From: an uncultured Bacteroidales bacterium
GTDB taxonomy: Bacteria > Bacteroidota > Bacteroidia > Bacteroidales > WCHB1-69
Direction: 5' to 3'
NCBI GenBank assembly: GCA_900315245.1
Contig: OMYJ01000006.1
Location: 199,572-263,571, forward strand
DNA length: 64,000 nucleotides
Positions within the stretch are counted from its first letter, which is position 1. Each line of letters starts with the position of its first letter. The position numbers and the translations under genes were made by a program. Below are positions 37,411 to 44,097 of the stretch, piece after piece. Under the pieces are notes generated by a model. That model did not search any database. It had not been told where the DNA came from and saw only the letters and a program-made list of their open reading frames with translations.

Positions 37411-37480
37411 GTAATTTTGCACACATACGGAAATCAGAAAAGCAACCGCCCAGCGGTGTTGCCGGGCGGTGTGTGGTTTT

Positions 37481-37756
37481 TCAAAACAGGTCGGAATGGG
37501 TGCCGGTTCTTACAAGGGTTACAAGTTTTATCTGCTTGTCCTTACTGTATATCAATAACCAGTCGGAATGCACGTGGCATTCCCTGCACCCTTTGTAATT
37601 CCCTTTCAACGGATGGTCTTTGAGTTCGGGCGGCAATTCCTTTCCTTCTGCCAGCATACCCACAACGCCCAAAAGTTCTTCAACGTCCAGGCCTCGTGCT
37701 TTGGCCTTTGCCACGTCTTTCATATACTTCTTTGTGGCCTCAATCCTATAACTCAT
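37481..37756 (-). CDS. YafQ/RelE-family type II toxin (mRNA interferase)
   Basis: 91 aa. 'KKYMKDVAKAKARGLD...LKDHPLKGNYKGCRECHVHSDWLLIY...VRTGTHSDLF' matches the YafQ pattern as I recall it. Confidence 0.75.
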   Translation of the reverse strand: MSYRIEATKKYMKDVAKAKARGLDVEELLGVVGMLAEGKELPPELKDHPLKGNYKGCRECHVHSDWLLIYSKDKQIKLVTLVRTGTHSDLF

Positions 37757-37973
37757 ACATTGCTTTTTTGAAGTCGTCGAAAGAATTGAATTTCACCGTG
37801 TCGCCGCGCCTCATTTCCTCAATGGCCTGCGCGGTCTCCATGGCCGCCGCCGTGGGTTTGTCCGTGGTGTCGGTCGCGCTGTCCTGGAACTTCACTCCCA
37901 GCTCCCGCAATGCCTGAACCAAAAGACTTATTGCAGCGTTGTTCTGATCGTAGCTTAATGTTACTGTTGTCAT
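37746..37973 (-). CDS. putative antitoxin
   Basis: The start is at 'MTTVTLSYDQ'. It overlaps the toxin start by 11 nt, and a TATCTTTG box lies at 37999-38006. Confidence 0.5.
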   Translation of the reverse strand: MTTVTLSYDQNNAAISLLVQALRELGVKFQDSATDTTDKPTAAAMETAQAIEEMRRGDTVKFNSFDDFKKAMYEL

Positions 37974-37998
37974 ACTTTTCTCAAATTTGATCCGGCTG

Positions 37999-38006
37999 CA
38001 AAGATA
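37999..38006 (-). promoter_or_regulatory. -7 box TATCTTTG (TA operon)
   Basis: It belongs to the same roughly 85-nt promoter/terminator cassette seen at 37385-37470. Confidence 0.5.
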
Positions 38007-38292
38007 CGATTTTTGCACACATACGGAAATCAAAAAGCAACCGCCCGGCTGTGATGGTCGGGCGGTAGAGCTTTCGGGATCAAATTCGTTGGTATCATTG
38101 AGACTTGCAATGAATTACGCGGCAAAGATAGCATTTTTTTCATCACTAAATTACTGAAACATGCCGCCCGCATTCTGTGAAATGCGGGCGGCAAACCAAA
38201 ATCATTATGAAAATCGAATGAACGTGCAAAGATATAAAAATATCTGATTAACAAATATATATAGATTTTATTTAAATTAAGACTTTAAATAA

Positions 38293-39534
38293 TTATTCCA
38301 GATCGTATTTTGCTGCGTTCACTTCAAGCTCTGAAAGCTTCTCCACATAGTTCTCTATTATGATATGATAGTCGTTGCCTGTAAAGTCGGCAATCTTCCA
38401 CGGGTCCCACTTCTCGCCCAAATAGCCGTAATAGTGGCCGTTTACAAAAGTGCGTTTCGGGGTCTTGCCGTCAACAAACTGGTAAAGGTGGCCTTTGGTC
38501 ACTTTGAACTCTCCCGCCCTGGTGCGCCCTATCTGCTCCATCCTGTCAAGGCCTGCCAGCTGGCAAATCTCTTTGAATCTCCGTGCCACTACATTTTCAT
38601 TTGTCTTTGGTAGCTGATAGTTCCGGCGTTCCAATATTCTTTGGAGCTCGATAGGAATGGGGATGTGTACTTTCTCATGTGTCTTTCTCGTATGGAAAAC
38701 GATGGCGGGTTCTCCCTTTGCTGCCTCTGTAATATCCTCATTCGTGAACCCGGTGAAATCGGACGGCCTCGCGCCGGTGAATATTCCGAATAGCATTACT
38801 ATTTGATAGTCTTCCAAATTCGGCCTATCCGACAGATCAAGCCCGATCAGCTTCTGAACCTCGCTTTTGTAGAAAACGGGGTGATTGACCTTTATATATG
38901 GTATTGAATACTTTTTATAAGCCGGTTTGATACTGTAGCCTCTTTCCTCTGCATACTTCAACACGGCTTTCAAAGGTTTGATGAACTTATCCCTGATCGT
39001 ATTCGGTGCATAACGGTTTGTCAGCCACTCGCGGAAACTCTCCATCATATTCTTATCAATGTCTATCAAATAAACGGTTCTGTTCTTATCGTTCTGATAT
39101 TCAACGATACGGGCGTGAAGATAGCCGTATTTTCTTTTGGTGCTTTCTGTCACCGGGATTCCGTGATCATTAAGACGGCTGTTTTCGTATTCCATATATT
39201 GTTTGATCAATTCATCCAGCCGATCAACACGCCTCACACGCCCTGTGTGTTCATCCACGAAATTCTTTAACGCCTCCTGGGTGAAGTCACATTCCCCGTA
39301 ATCAAGTGCCAGGGCGTAATCTTCAACCGCTCTCCTTATCTTATTGATTGTCGAAATCTTCGCGTTAAGGTTCAATTTGTTTCCTGTAAAGGCCTGTTTT
39401 TTCACGTCCCATTCTTCGGGGCTTACCGTCACCGGGGTGGCGTATCTCAGGCGTTCGCCCTTGTGTGTGAACTCTGCATAAAGTTTGCCGTCTCCATTCC
39501 TTTTCTTTTGGTGTACTCTGAATTTGATACCCAT
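38293..39534 (-). CDS. tyrosine-type site-specific integrase (Bacteroidetes type)
   Basis: 413 aa. The N-terminal arm-binding-like region is 'KFRVHQKKRNGDGKLYAEF'. The C-terminal catalytic-type region contains 'TGARPSD' and 'HTRKTHEKV'. It is adjacent to the tRNA att site. Confidence 0.85.
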   Translation of the reverse strand: MGIKFRVHQKKRNGDGKLYAEFTHKGERLRYATPVTVSPEEWDVKKQAFTGNKLNLNAKISTINKIRRAVEDYALALDYGECDFTQEALKNFVDEHTGRVRRVDRLDELIKQYMEYENSRLNDHGIPVTESTKRKYGYLHARIVEYQNDKNRTVYLIDIDKNMMESFREWLTNRYAPNTIRDKFIKPLKAVLKYAEERGYSIKPAYKKYSIPYIKVNHPVFYKSEVQKLIGLDLSDRPNLEDYQIVMLFGIFTGARPSDFTGFTNEDITEAAKGEPAIVFHTRKTHEKVHIPIPIELQRILERRNYQLPKTNENVVARRFKEICQLAGLDRMEQIGRTRAGEFKVTKGHLYQFVDGKTPKRTFVNGHYYGYLGEKWDPWKIADFTGNDYHIIIENYVEKLSELEVNAAKYDLE

Positions 39535-39589
39535 TTTCCTTTTGTTTTGTTGAACAATATAACTTAGGATTTCCGATTTGATCCGGCGG

Positions 39590-39597
39590 CAAAGATA
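39590..39597 (-). promoter_or_regulatory. -7 box TATCTTTG (integrase)
   Basis: 'TATCTTTGCCGCCGGATCAAATCGG' lies 56 nt upstream of the int start. Confidence 0.5.
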
Positions 39598-39618
39598 CTA
39601 TCCATACGAACAAGCCTC

Positions 39619-39694
39619 AGCAATTATCGCCCCATAATGGGGTAAGATTTGAATTATGGGGTAATTGTTGCCCCATAATGGGGTGATAATTGGA
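39619..39694 (+). promoter_or_regulatory. 76-nt palindrome module, copy 2
   Basis: 'gcaattatcGCCCCATAATGGGGTaagatttgaattATGGGGTaattgttGCCCCATAATGGGGTgataattgg' lies just upstream of the int promoter. Confidence 0.6.
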
Positions 39695-39893
39695 ATGTCA
39701 TATTTGTATATCTTTGCCGCCCTTCACCCTCGGAAATTGCCCATAAAAATGCAAAGATATGTTTCTCTGTGCATAATCATGGGCAAAAATACAAACAATC
39801 GGTATGGCAGCCGCATTCATGCAGATGTTTGATAAGTATTATAACGGATTGTTTTTCAGTTGTGTATGCTGCAAAGCCCTGTTTATATGGGCA

Positions 39894-39920
39894 CAAAAAA
39901 AGGCGGCTGATTTGCCGCCT
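39894..39920 (-). terminator. island-borne terminator behind the reconstituted tRNA-Lys
   Basis: On the minus strand, 'aggcggc-aaatca-gccgcct' is followed by TTTTTTT, starting 2 nt after the tRNA 3' end. Confidence 0.6.
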
Positions 39921-39921
39921 C

Positions 39922-39936
39922 GTGTCCCCTCAGGGA
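39922..39936. repeat. att direct repeat (tRNA-proximal copy)
   Basis: 'gtgtcccctcaggga' is identical to 26860-26874. Confidence 0.85.
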
Positions 39937-39995
39937 CTCGAACCCTGGACCCATTGATTAAGAGTCAATTGCTCTACCAACTGAGCTAAGGAGAC
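39923..39995 (-). tRNA. tRNA-Lys (anticodon CTT)
   Basis: The minus-strand sequence 'gtctccttagctcagttggtagagcaattgactCTTaatcaatgggtccagggttcgagtccctgaggggaca' folds by hand into a cloverleaf. It has a 7-bp acceptor stem with one G-U, a D arm gctc/gagc, an anticodon stem attga/tcaat and a T arm caggg/ccctg. No CCA is encoded. Confidence 0.9.
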
Positions 39996-40036
39996 TTTCG
40001 CCTTTGTTTTGCGGGTGCAAAAATACATTTTTTTTC

Positions 40037-40044
40037 TATTTTTG
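40037..40044 (+). promoter_or_regulatory. -7 box TATTTTTG
   Basis: It lies 14 nt upstream of the 40058 start. A mirror-image box on the minus strand (40018-40025) could serve the tRNA. Confidence 0.45.
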
Positions 40045-40057
40045 CAAAAAAAAAGCG

Positions 40058-40597
40058 ATGAAAATTTATACACGTACAGGAGACAATGGAACAACCTCAT
40101 TATCAGACGGTTCACGTATTTCAAAAGACAGTATTCTACTACATGCGTATGGTACTGTTGATGAGTTGAACAGCTTCATAGGGGTCGTGATTTCGCAAAA
40201 TCCGAACGATTTTCTGACAAAAGTGCAAAACGAGCTCTTCGTGGTTGGAGGCATGTTGGCCACCCCGGTCAATAATTGGGAGAAGTATTGGAAAGTGGAA
40301 CGGCTGGAGGAATTCACCAAGGAACTGGAGCATGAAATCGACCATCTGAGTGCGGAACTGGAACCGATGCGGGGCTTCATCCTGCCGCAGGGGAACCGTC
40401 TGATAGCCGACACCCACGTTTGCCGCACCGTATGCCGCCGGGCGGAACGTTATGTGGTGGCATTGATGGAGGAGGACAAAGCCTATCAAAAAGTGCAGGT
40501 TTTGCTGAACCGATTGTCCGATTTCTTCTTTATTCTGGCCCGATTTTTTCACAAAAAAGAAAAAATTTTTGAAACGCTCTATAAATCAGAGAAATAA
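40058..40597 (+). CDS. PduO-type ATP:cob(I)alamin adenosyltransferase
   Basis: 'MKIYTRTGDNGTTSL..G.R.SKDS....AYGTVDELNS' is the classic PduO-type N-terminus. Confidence 0.85.
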   Translation: MKIYTRTGDNGTTSLSDGSRISKDSILLHAYGTVDELNSFIGVVISQNPNDFLTKVQNELFVVGGMLATPVNNWEKYWKVERLEEFTKELEHEIDHLSAELEPMRGFILPQGNRLIADTHVCRTVCRRAERYVVALMEEDKAYQKVQVLLNRLSDFFFILARFFHKKEKIFETLYKSEK

Positions 40598-40681
40598 AAT
40601 TTTAAAAAAAAGTTGACTTTTTCAGTTTAATATTATACTTTTGCGCCCTCAAAAACAAACCATTTAATAAACGTAAAAACT

Positions 40682-40903
40682 ATGTATTGGACATTAGAAT
40701 TAGCCACCCGATTAGAAGACGCCCCATGGCCGGCAACCCGCGACGAATTGTTGGATTATGCCATCCGATCCGGTGCCCCGATGGAAGTCATTGAAAATCT
40801 TCAGGAGATTGACGACGAAGGCGATATCTACGACTCTATCGAAGACATCTGGCCTGATTACCCTTCCAAAGAAGATTTCTTCTTCAACGAAGACGAGTAC
40901 TAA
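40682..40903 (+). CDS. DUF2795 domain protein
   Basis: 'WPATRDELLDYAIRSGAPMEVIENLQEI' matches the DUF2795 pattern. Confidence 0.65.
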   Translation: MYWTLELATRLEDAPWPATRDELLDYAIRSGAPMEVIENLQEIDDEGDIYDSIEDIWPDYPSKEDFFFNEDEY

Positions 40904-40988
40904 GCACTTCCAAACGACAAAATGTTTATTAATTGACTGAAAATCACCAAACAAAGCGCGCTAATATGGCGCGTTTTTTTTTTATTCC

Positions 40989-41486
40989 TTATTCAATCCC
41001 GAGAATCTCCATCCCCACCTCCCCAGCAGGCGTCTTGAACGTGACCGTATCCCCCACTTTCTTGTTCATCAACACCTTGCTGAGCGGCGACAGAAACGAG
41101 ATTTTGCCCTGCATGATATTGGCCTCATCCACACCAACTATCTGATAAGAAGCTATTTGATTTGTTCTCAAGTTCTTGTATTTGATTGTCGCTCCGAAAG
41201 CGACATCATTCTGCCGCTGCGGGTCGTAGTCCAAAACACGGGCCGAGTGGATTCGTTCCTCCAACAGACGAAGCTTTCCCGTCAGATAGTTGTTATTTAC
41301 CCGGGCATCATTATTATCGACCCCCTCATACTGCTTGCGCTCACGTAAAATATCCTCGCGCTCGGCCTTCAGTGCTTCGAGTCCTGCGCTGGTGACAAAA
41401 TTCTCAACCCCTGCAGGCAGATATGCGCGCGGCGTAAGCATCGGCACTTCCTCCTGGTCTCCCTCTTTGACAAATCCTCTACTCAT
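40989..41486 (-). CDS. GreA/GreB-family transcription elongation factor-like protein
   Basis: The start is at 'MSRGFVKEGDQE'. The C-terminus 'GATIKYKNLRTNQIASYQIVGVDEANIMQGKISFLSPLSKVLMNKKVGDTV' is GreA-C-like. A TATCTTTG box lies at 41507-41514. Confidence 0.7.
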   Translation of the reverse strand: MSRGFVKEGDQEEVPMLTPRAYLPAGVENFVTSAGLEALKAEREDILRERKQYEGVDNNDARVNNNYLTGKLRLLEERIHSARVLDYDPQRQNDVAFGATIKYKNLRTNQIASYQIVGVDEANIMQGKISFLSPLSKVLMNKKVGDTVTFKTPAGEVGMEILGIE

Positions 41487-41595
41487 ATTCGTAGTTTTTG
41501 AAAGGGCAAAGATACAAAAAATAATATGTGTTGTCAAACACGCAAATTATAAAAAAAATGTATTTTTGCACCCTGAAACTAAAAACGTGCAAAAA

Positions 41596-42225
41596 ATGAA
41601 CAAACCGACGACGGGCGAGGTGATACAGCAGGTCGCAAGCGGACTTTTCCGGAAGTTCGGCTTCGAGAAGACCTCCATGGACGACATTGCCCAGAAAGCG
41701 CACAAGGCCAAACGTTCCATCTACAACTATTTCAGCAACAAGGAGGAACTCTTCTGCACCACGGTCATCTCGGAAATCGACCATATCCAGCAACGGCTGG
41801 CAGAAACTATGGCCGGCGACGGGCAACCCGTGCTGCCCCGCCTCCGCCAATACCTCCTCGCACGCGTGGAACTCCTCGCCGAAGCCGGCACACTCCAAGT
41901 GGCCATGAAAGACAAACACCTGGAGGGCAACGACTTCCGTTTCGACAACTTACGGAATCGGATGGCCGAGTTTTCAGACTGGGAACACCAGCTGTTCAAG
42001 AAGGTCTGGTACGCCAAACCGACGGACGACCCGCCCGCAACCGTCGAGCAGCAGGCCGTCGCCTTCGCCGACATGCTCAGCGTGACCCTCAACGGCCTGA
42101 GCCACACCTTCTTCGTGGAAGACAAATACGAACAGTACAAACCCTCCTACGAAATGCTCATCGATTTGATTGTCAACAGTGTGTTTGTGCAGTTTGTTGG
42201 ACACGATGAGGCGATGAGACGATGA
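41596..42225 (+). CDS. TetR/AcrR-family regulator
   Basis: 'FRKFGFEKTSMDDIAQKAHKAKRSIYNYFSNKEELF' is a TetR-type HTH. A TATTTTTG box lies at 41561-41568. The gene sits upstream of the RND operon. Confidence 0.8.
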   Translation: MNKPTTGEVIQQVASGLFRKFGFEKTSMDDIAQKAHKAKRSIYNYFSNKEELFCTTVISEIDHIQQRLAETMAGDGQPVLPRLRQYLLARVELLAEAGTLQVAMKDKHLEGNDFRFDNLRNRMAEFSDWEHQLFKKVWYAKPTDDPPATVEQQAVAFADMLSVTLNGLSHTFFVEDKYEQYKPSYEMLIDLIVNSVFVQFVGHDEAMRR

Positions 42226-42265
42226 GACGATGAAACGATGAGGCGATGAGGCGATGAAACGATGA
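42204..42265 (+). repeat. octamer tandem array GATGARRC (about 7 units)
   Basis: 'gatgaggc gatgagac gatgagac gatgaaac gatgaggc gatgaggc gatgaaac'. The tetR stop codon lies inside the array. Confidence 0.85.
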
Positions 42266-42308
42266 TTTAATGAGGAATTAACGAAAAACCCCAATATATA
42301 TGAAAACT

Positions 42309-42362
42309 TTCCTTGAGCAGCCCCGAAGGGGCAAGACGCGCGAAGCGCTAATAACCCCACAT
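42309..42362 (-). repeat. REP-like intergenic element, copy 2 (inverted)
   Basis: It is the reverse complement of 25588-25640 with a few mismatches. Confidence 0.7.
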
Positions 42363-42440
42363 AAGCGCAGCGCAGTGTGGGGATTGAAACACGAGACTGG
42401 TTCGGACTGCGGAGTCAACGATAAAGACAAACGCAGCGCA

Positions 42441-42983
42441 GTGTGGGGCAAGGCACGTACAGCTATAGCCGTTCTATGCTGTATCATCGTCATGGCGGTG
42501 CTGTGTACGGCCTGCGATCGCGACAGACAAGCACTCACCGGCGACTACAGCTACAAGCTCTCGGGCGAGGTGGCGTTGACCGACGCAGACGGGGCGGTGA
42601 CCTACCGACTCATCCACCGGAACGGACAGATGAATATCCTGCGGGACAAATCGGACAAGGACCGCTACATCATCACGATGAACGAGATGACCGGCGGATG
42701 CTACACGATGAACGCCGCGTTGCACGGCGACTCACTGCTGATCGACTCACACTCTTTCAACACGAACATCCTCTCCACCAGCAGCATCCCAGATCTCAAC
42801 ATCGACCTGGACCTCAACCAAGATGAGGAGGCCACCATCGTCTATCGCATCTCGGCGGCAGGCAGCGGAACTGTCAACGGGAACATCCTGATACTCAGAG
42901 AGGTTTGGGATGGAACGCAAAGCGGAAACAGCTCCGTCACCATTAGCGGACCGGAAATGACCATCATCGCAGAAAAGAACTGA
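42441..42983 (+). CDS. lipoprotein of unknown function (GTG start proposed)
   Basis: An in-frame GTG at 42441 gives '(M)WGKARTAIAVLCCIIVMAVLCTAC', a lipoprotein signal. The ATG at 42300 would add 47 aa that are encoded by the REP-like repeat. Confidence 0.5.
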   Translation: MWGKARTAIAVLCCIIVMAVLCTACDRDRQALTGDYSYKLSGEVALTDADGAVTYRLIHRNGQMNILRDKSDKDRYIITMNEMTGGCYTMNAALHGDSLLIDSHSFNTNILSTSSIPDLNIDLDLNQDEEATIVYRISAAGSGTVNGNILILREVWDGTQSGNSSVTISGPEMTIIAEKN

Positions 42984-42984
42984 T

Positions 42985-44010
42985 ATGAAACGAACAACAT
43001 CCTTGATATTTGCCGTGGCGGCACTCTGCATCGTGGTAATCGGCTGCAAGCACGAGACACCGAAACAAGAGCGTCCACCCATAGACGTGGAAGTGCTGGT
43101 GGTCGATACGGTGGCCGGCGGCATGACCCGCACATACGTGGGCACCGTGGAGGAGAACCTGTCGGTGGCGGTGAGCTTCCCCATGGGCGGGCGCGTGGAG
43201 CGCGTCTATGTGCATGAGGGCGACCGCGTGCGCGAGGGGCAGATCCTCGTCACCGCCAACAGCGCCACCGCGCAGAACGCCTACAACTCCGCCAAAGCCG
43301 CGCTGGAGCAGGCCGAGGACGCCTACAAACGGCTGAAGAAAGTGTATGACCAGGGCAGTCTGGCCGAGGTGAAGTGGGTGGAGATGCAGACCACCTTAGA
43401 GCAGGCCCGCTCAATGGAACAGATTGCCAAGAAGCAGCTGGATGACTGCACGTTACGGGCGCCCGTATCGGGAGTGATCGGCAGTTGCAACGCCAAAGCG
43501 GGCGGTTCGCTGCTGCCCGGCGAACCCGCCGTCACGATTCTCGACCTCGGCAAGGTGTGCGTGACCTTCTCGGTACCCGAAAGCGAAATCAACTCCGTGA
43601 AACTCGGGGAAGACGCCTACGTCTATGTCCCCGCCTTGGACAACCGCATGATGACAGGCCGCATCACCGACCGGAGCGTGACCTCCTCGCGTGTGTCGCA
43701 CAGCTACCAGGTGAAGATCGCCTTCCCCAACGCCGACCGCTCGCTCCTGCCGGGAATGGTCTGCAAGGTGATGCTCGAACAACCTGACGACCAGGGCTTT
43801 GTGATTCCCGCCAAATGCGTGCAAACCCGTCCCGAAGGCCTCTCCGTCTGGGTAATGGAGAACGGCCGCGCGCAACACCGCATCATCACCTCCTCGGAAT
43901 TCGTCGCCAACGGCGTGCTCGTCTCCTCCGGCCTCCACCCCGGCGACACCGTCATCACCGCCGGCATGGAGAAACTTTATCTTAATGCAGAATTGATAAT
44001 TGATAATTGA
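42985..44010 (+). CDS. RND efflux periplasmic adaptor (MFP/HlyD-like) lipoprotein
   Basis: It has the signal 'LIFAVAALCIVVIGC'. The motif 'LRAPVSGVIG' and the position before the RND pump support the call. Confidence 0.85.
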   Translation: MKRTTSLIFAVAALCIVVIGCKHETPKQERPPIDVEVLVVDTVAGGMTRTYVGTVEENLSVAVSFPMGGRVERVYVHEGDRVREGQILVTANSATAQNAYNSAKAALEQAEDAYKRLKKVYDQGSLAEVKWVEMQTTLEQARSMEQIAKKQLDDCTLRAPVSGVIGSCNAKAGGSLLPGEPAVTILDLGKVCVTFSVPESEINSVKLGEDAYVYVPALDNRMMTGRITDRSVTSSRVSHSYQVKIAFPNADRSLLPGMVCKVMLEQPDDQGFVIPAKCVQTRPEGLSVWVMENGRAQHRIITSSEFVANGVLVSSGLHPGDTVITAGMEKLYLNAELIIDN

Positions 44011-44097
44011 TAATTAACCTCCAAAGTAGTTTCTAATCACAATTCACTAATCACTATTCACCAGCTTCAATAACCCATAACCAATAACCCATAACCA

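Larger units (their letters stand above)
26860..39936. mobile_element. 13.1-kb tRNA-Lys-integrated replicative genomic island (integrase, TA, primase-helicase, iteron ori; no relaxase or capsid genes recognisable)
   Basis: A 15-bp direct repeat bounds the island and a tyrosine integrase sits next to the tRNA. Most of the island is AT-rich compared with its flanks. It brings its own terminator hairpin behind the reconstituted tRNA. Confidence 0.8.

Noticed and set aside
38030-38254. 74-aa minus-strand ORF between the integrase and the TA pair.
   Set aside because: It overlaps promoter boxes and an 11-bp GC hairpin (38163-38192) and has an odd composition. It is more likely untranslated regulatory sequence.
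39769-40124. Short ORFs (62, 61 and 64 aa) overlapping the tRNA-Lys gene and its promoter region.
   Set aside because: They are explained by the tRNA gene and the divergent promoter region, and there is no coding signal.
42300-42440. ATG-initiated N-terminal extension of the lipoprotein ORF.
   Set aside because: This part is encoded by the REP-like repeat (an inverted copy of 25588-25640) plus a duplicated 'GCGCAGCGCAGTGTGGGG' motif. An in-frame GTG at 42441 gives a proper lipoprotein signal.
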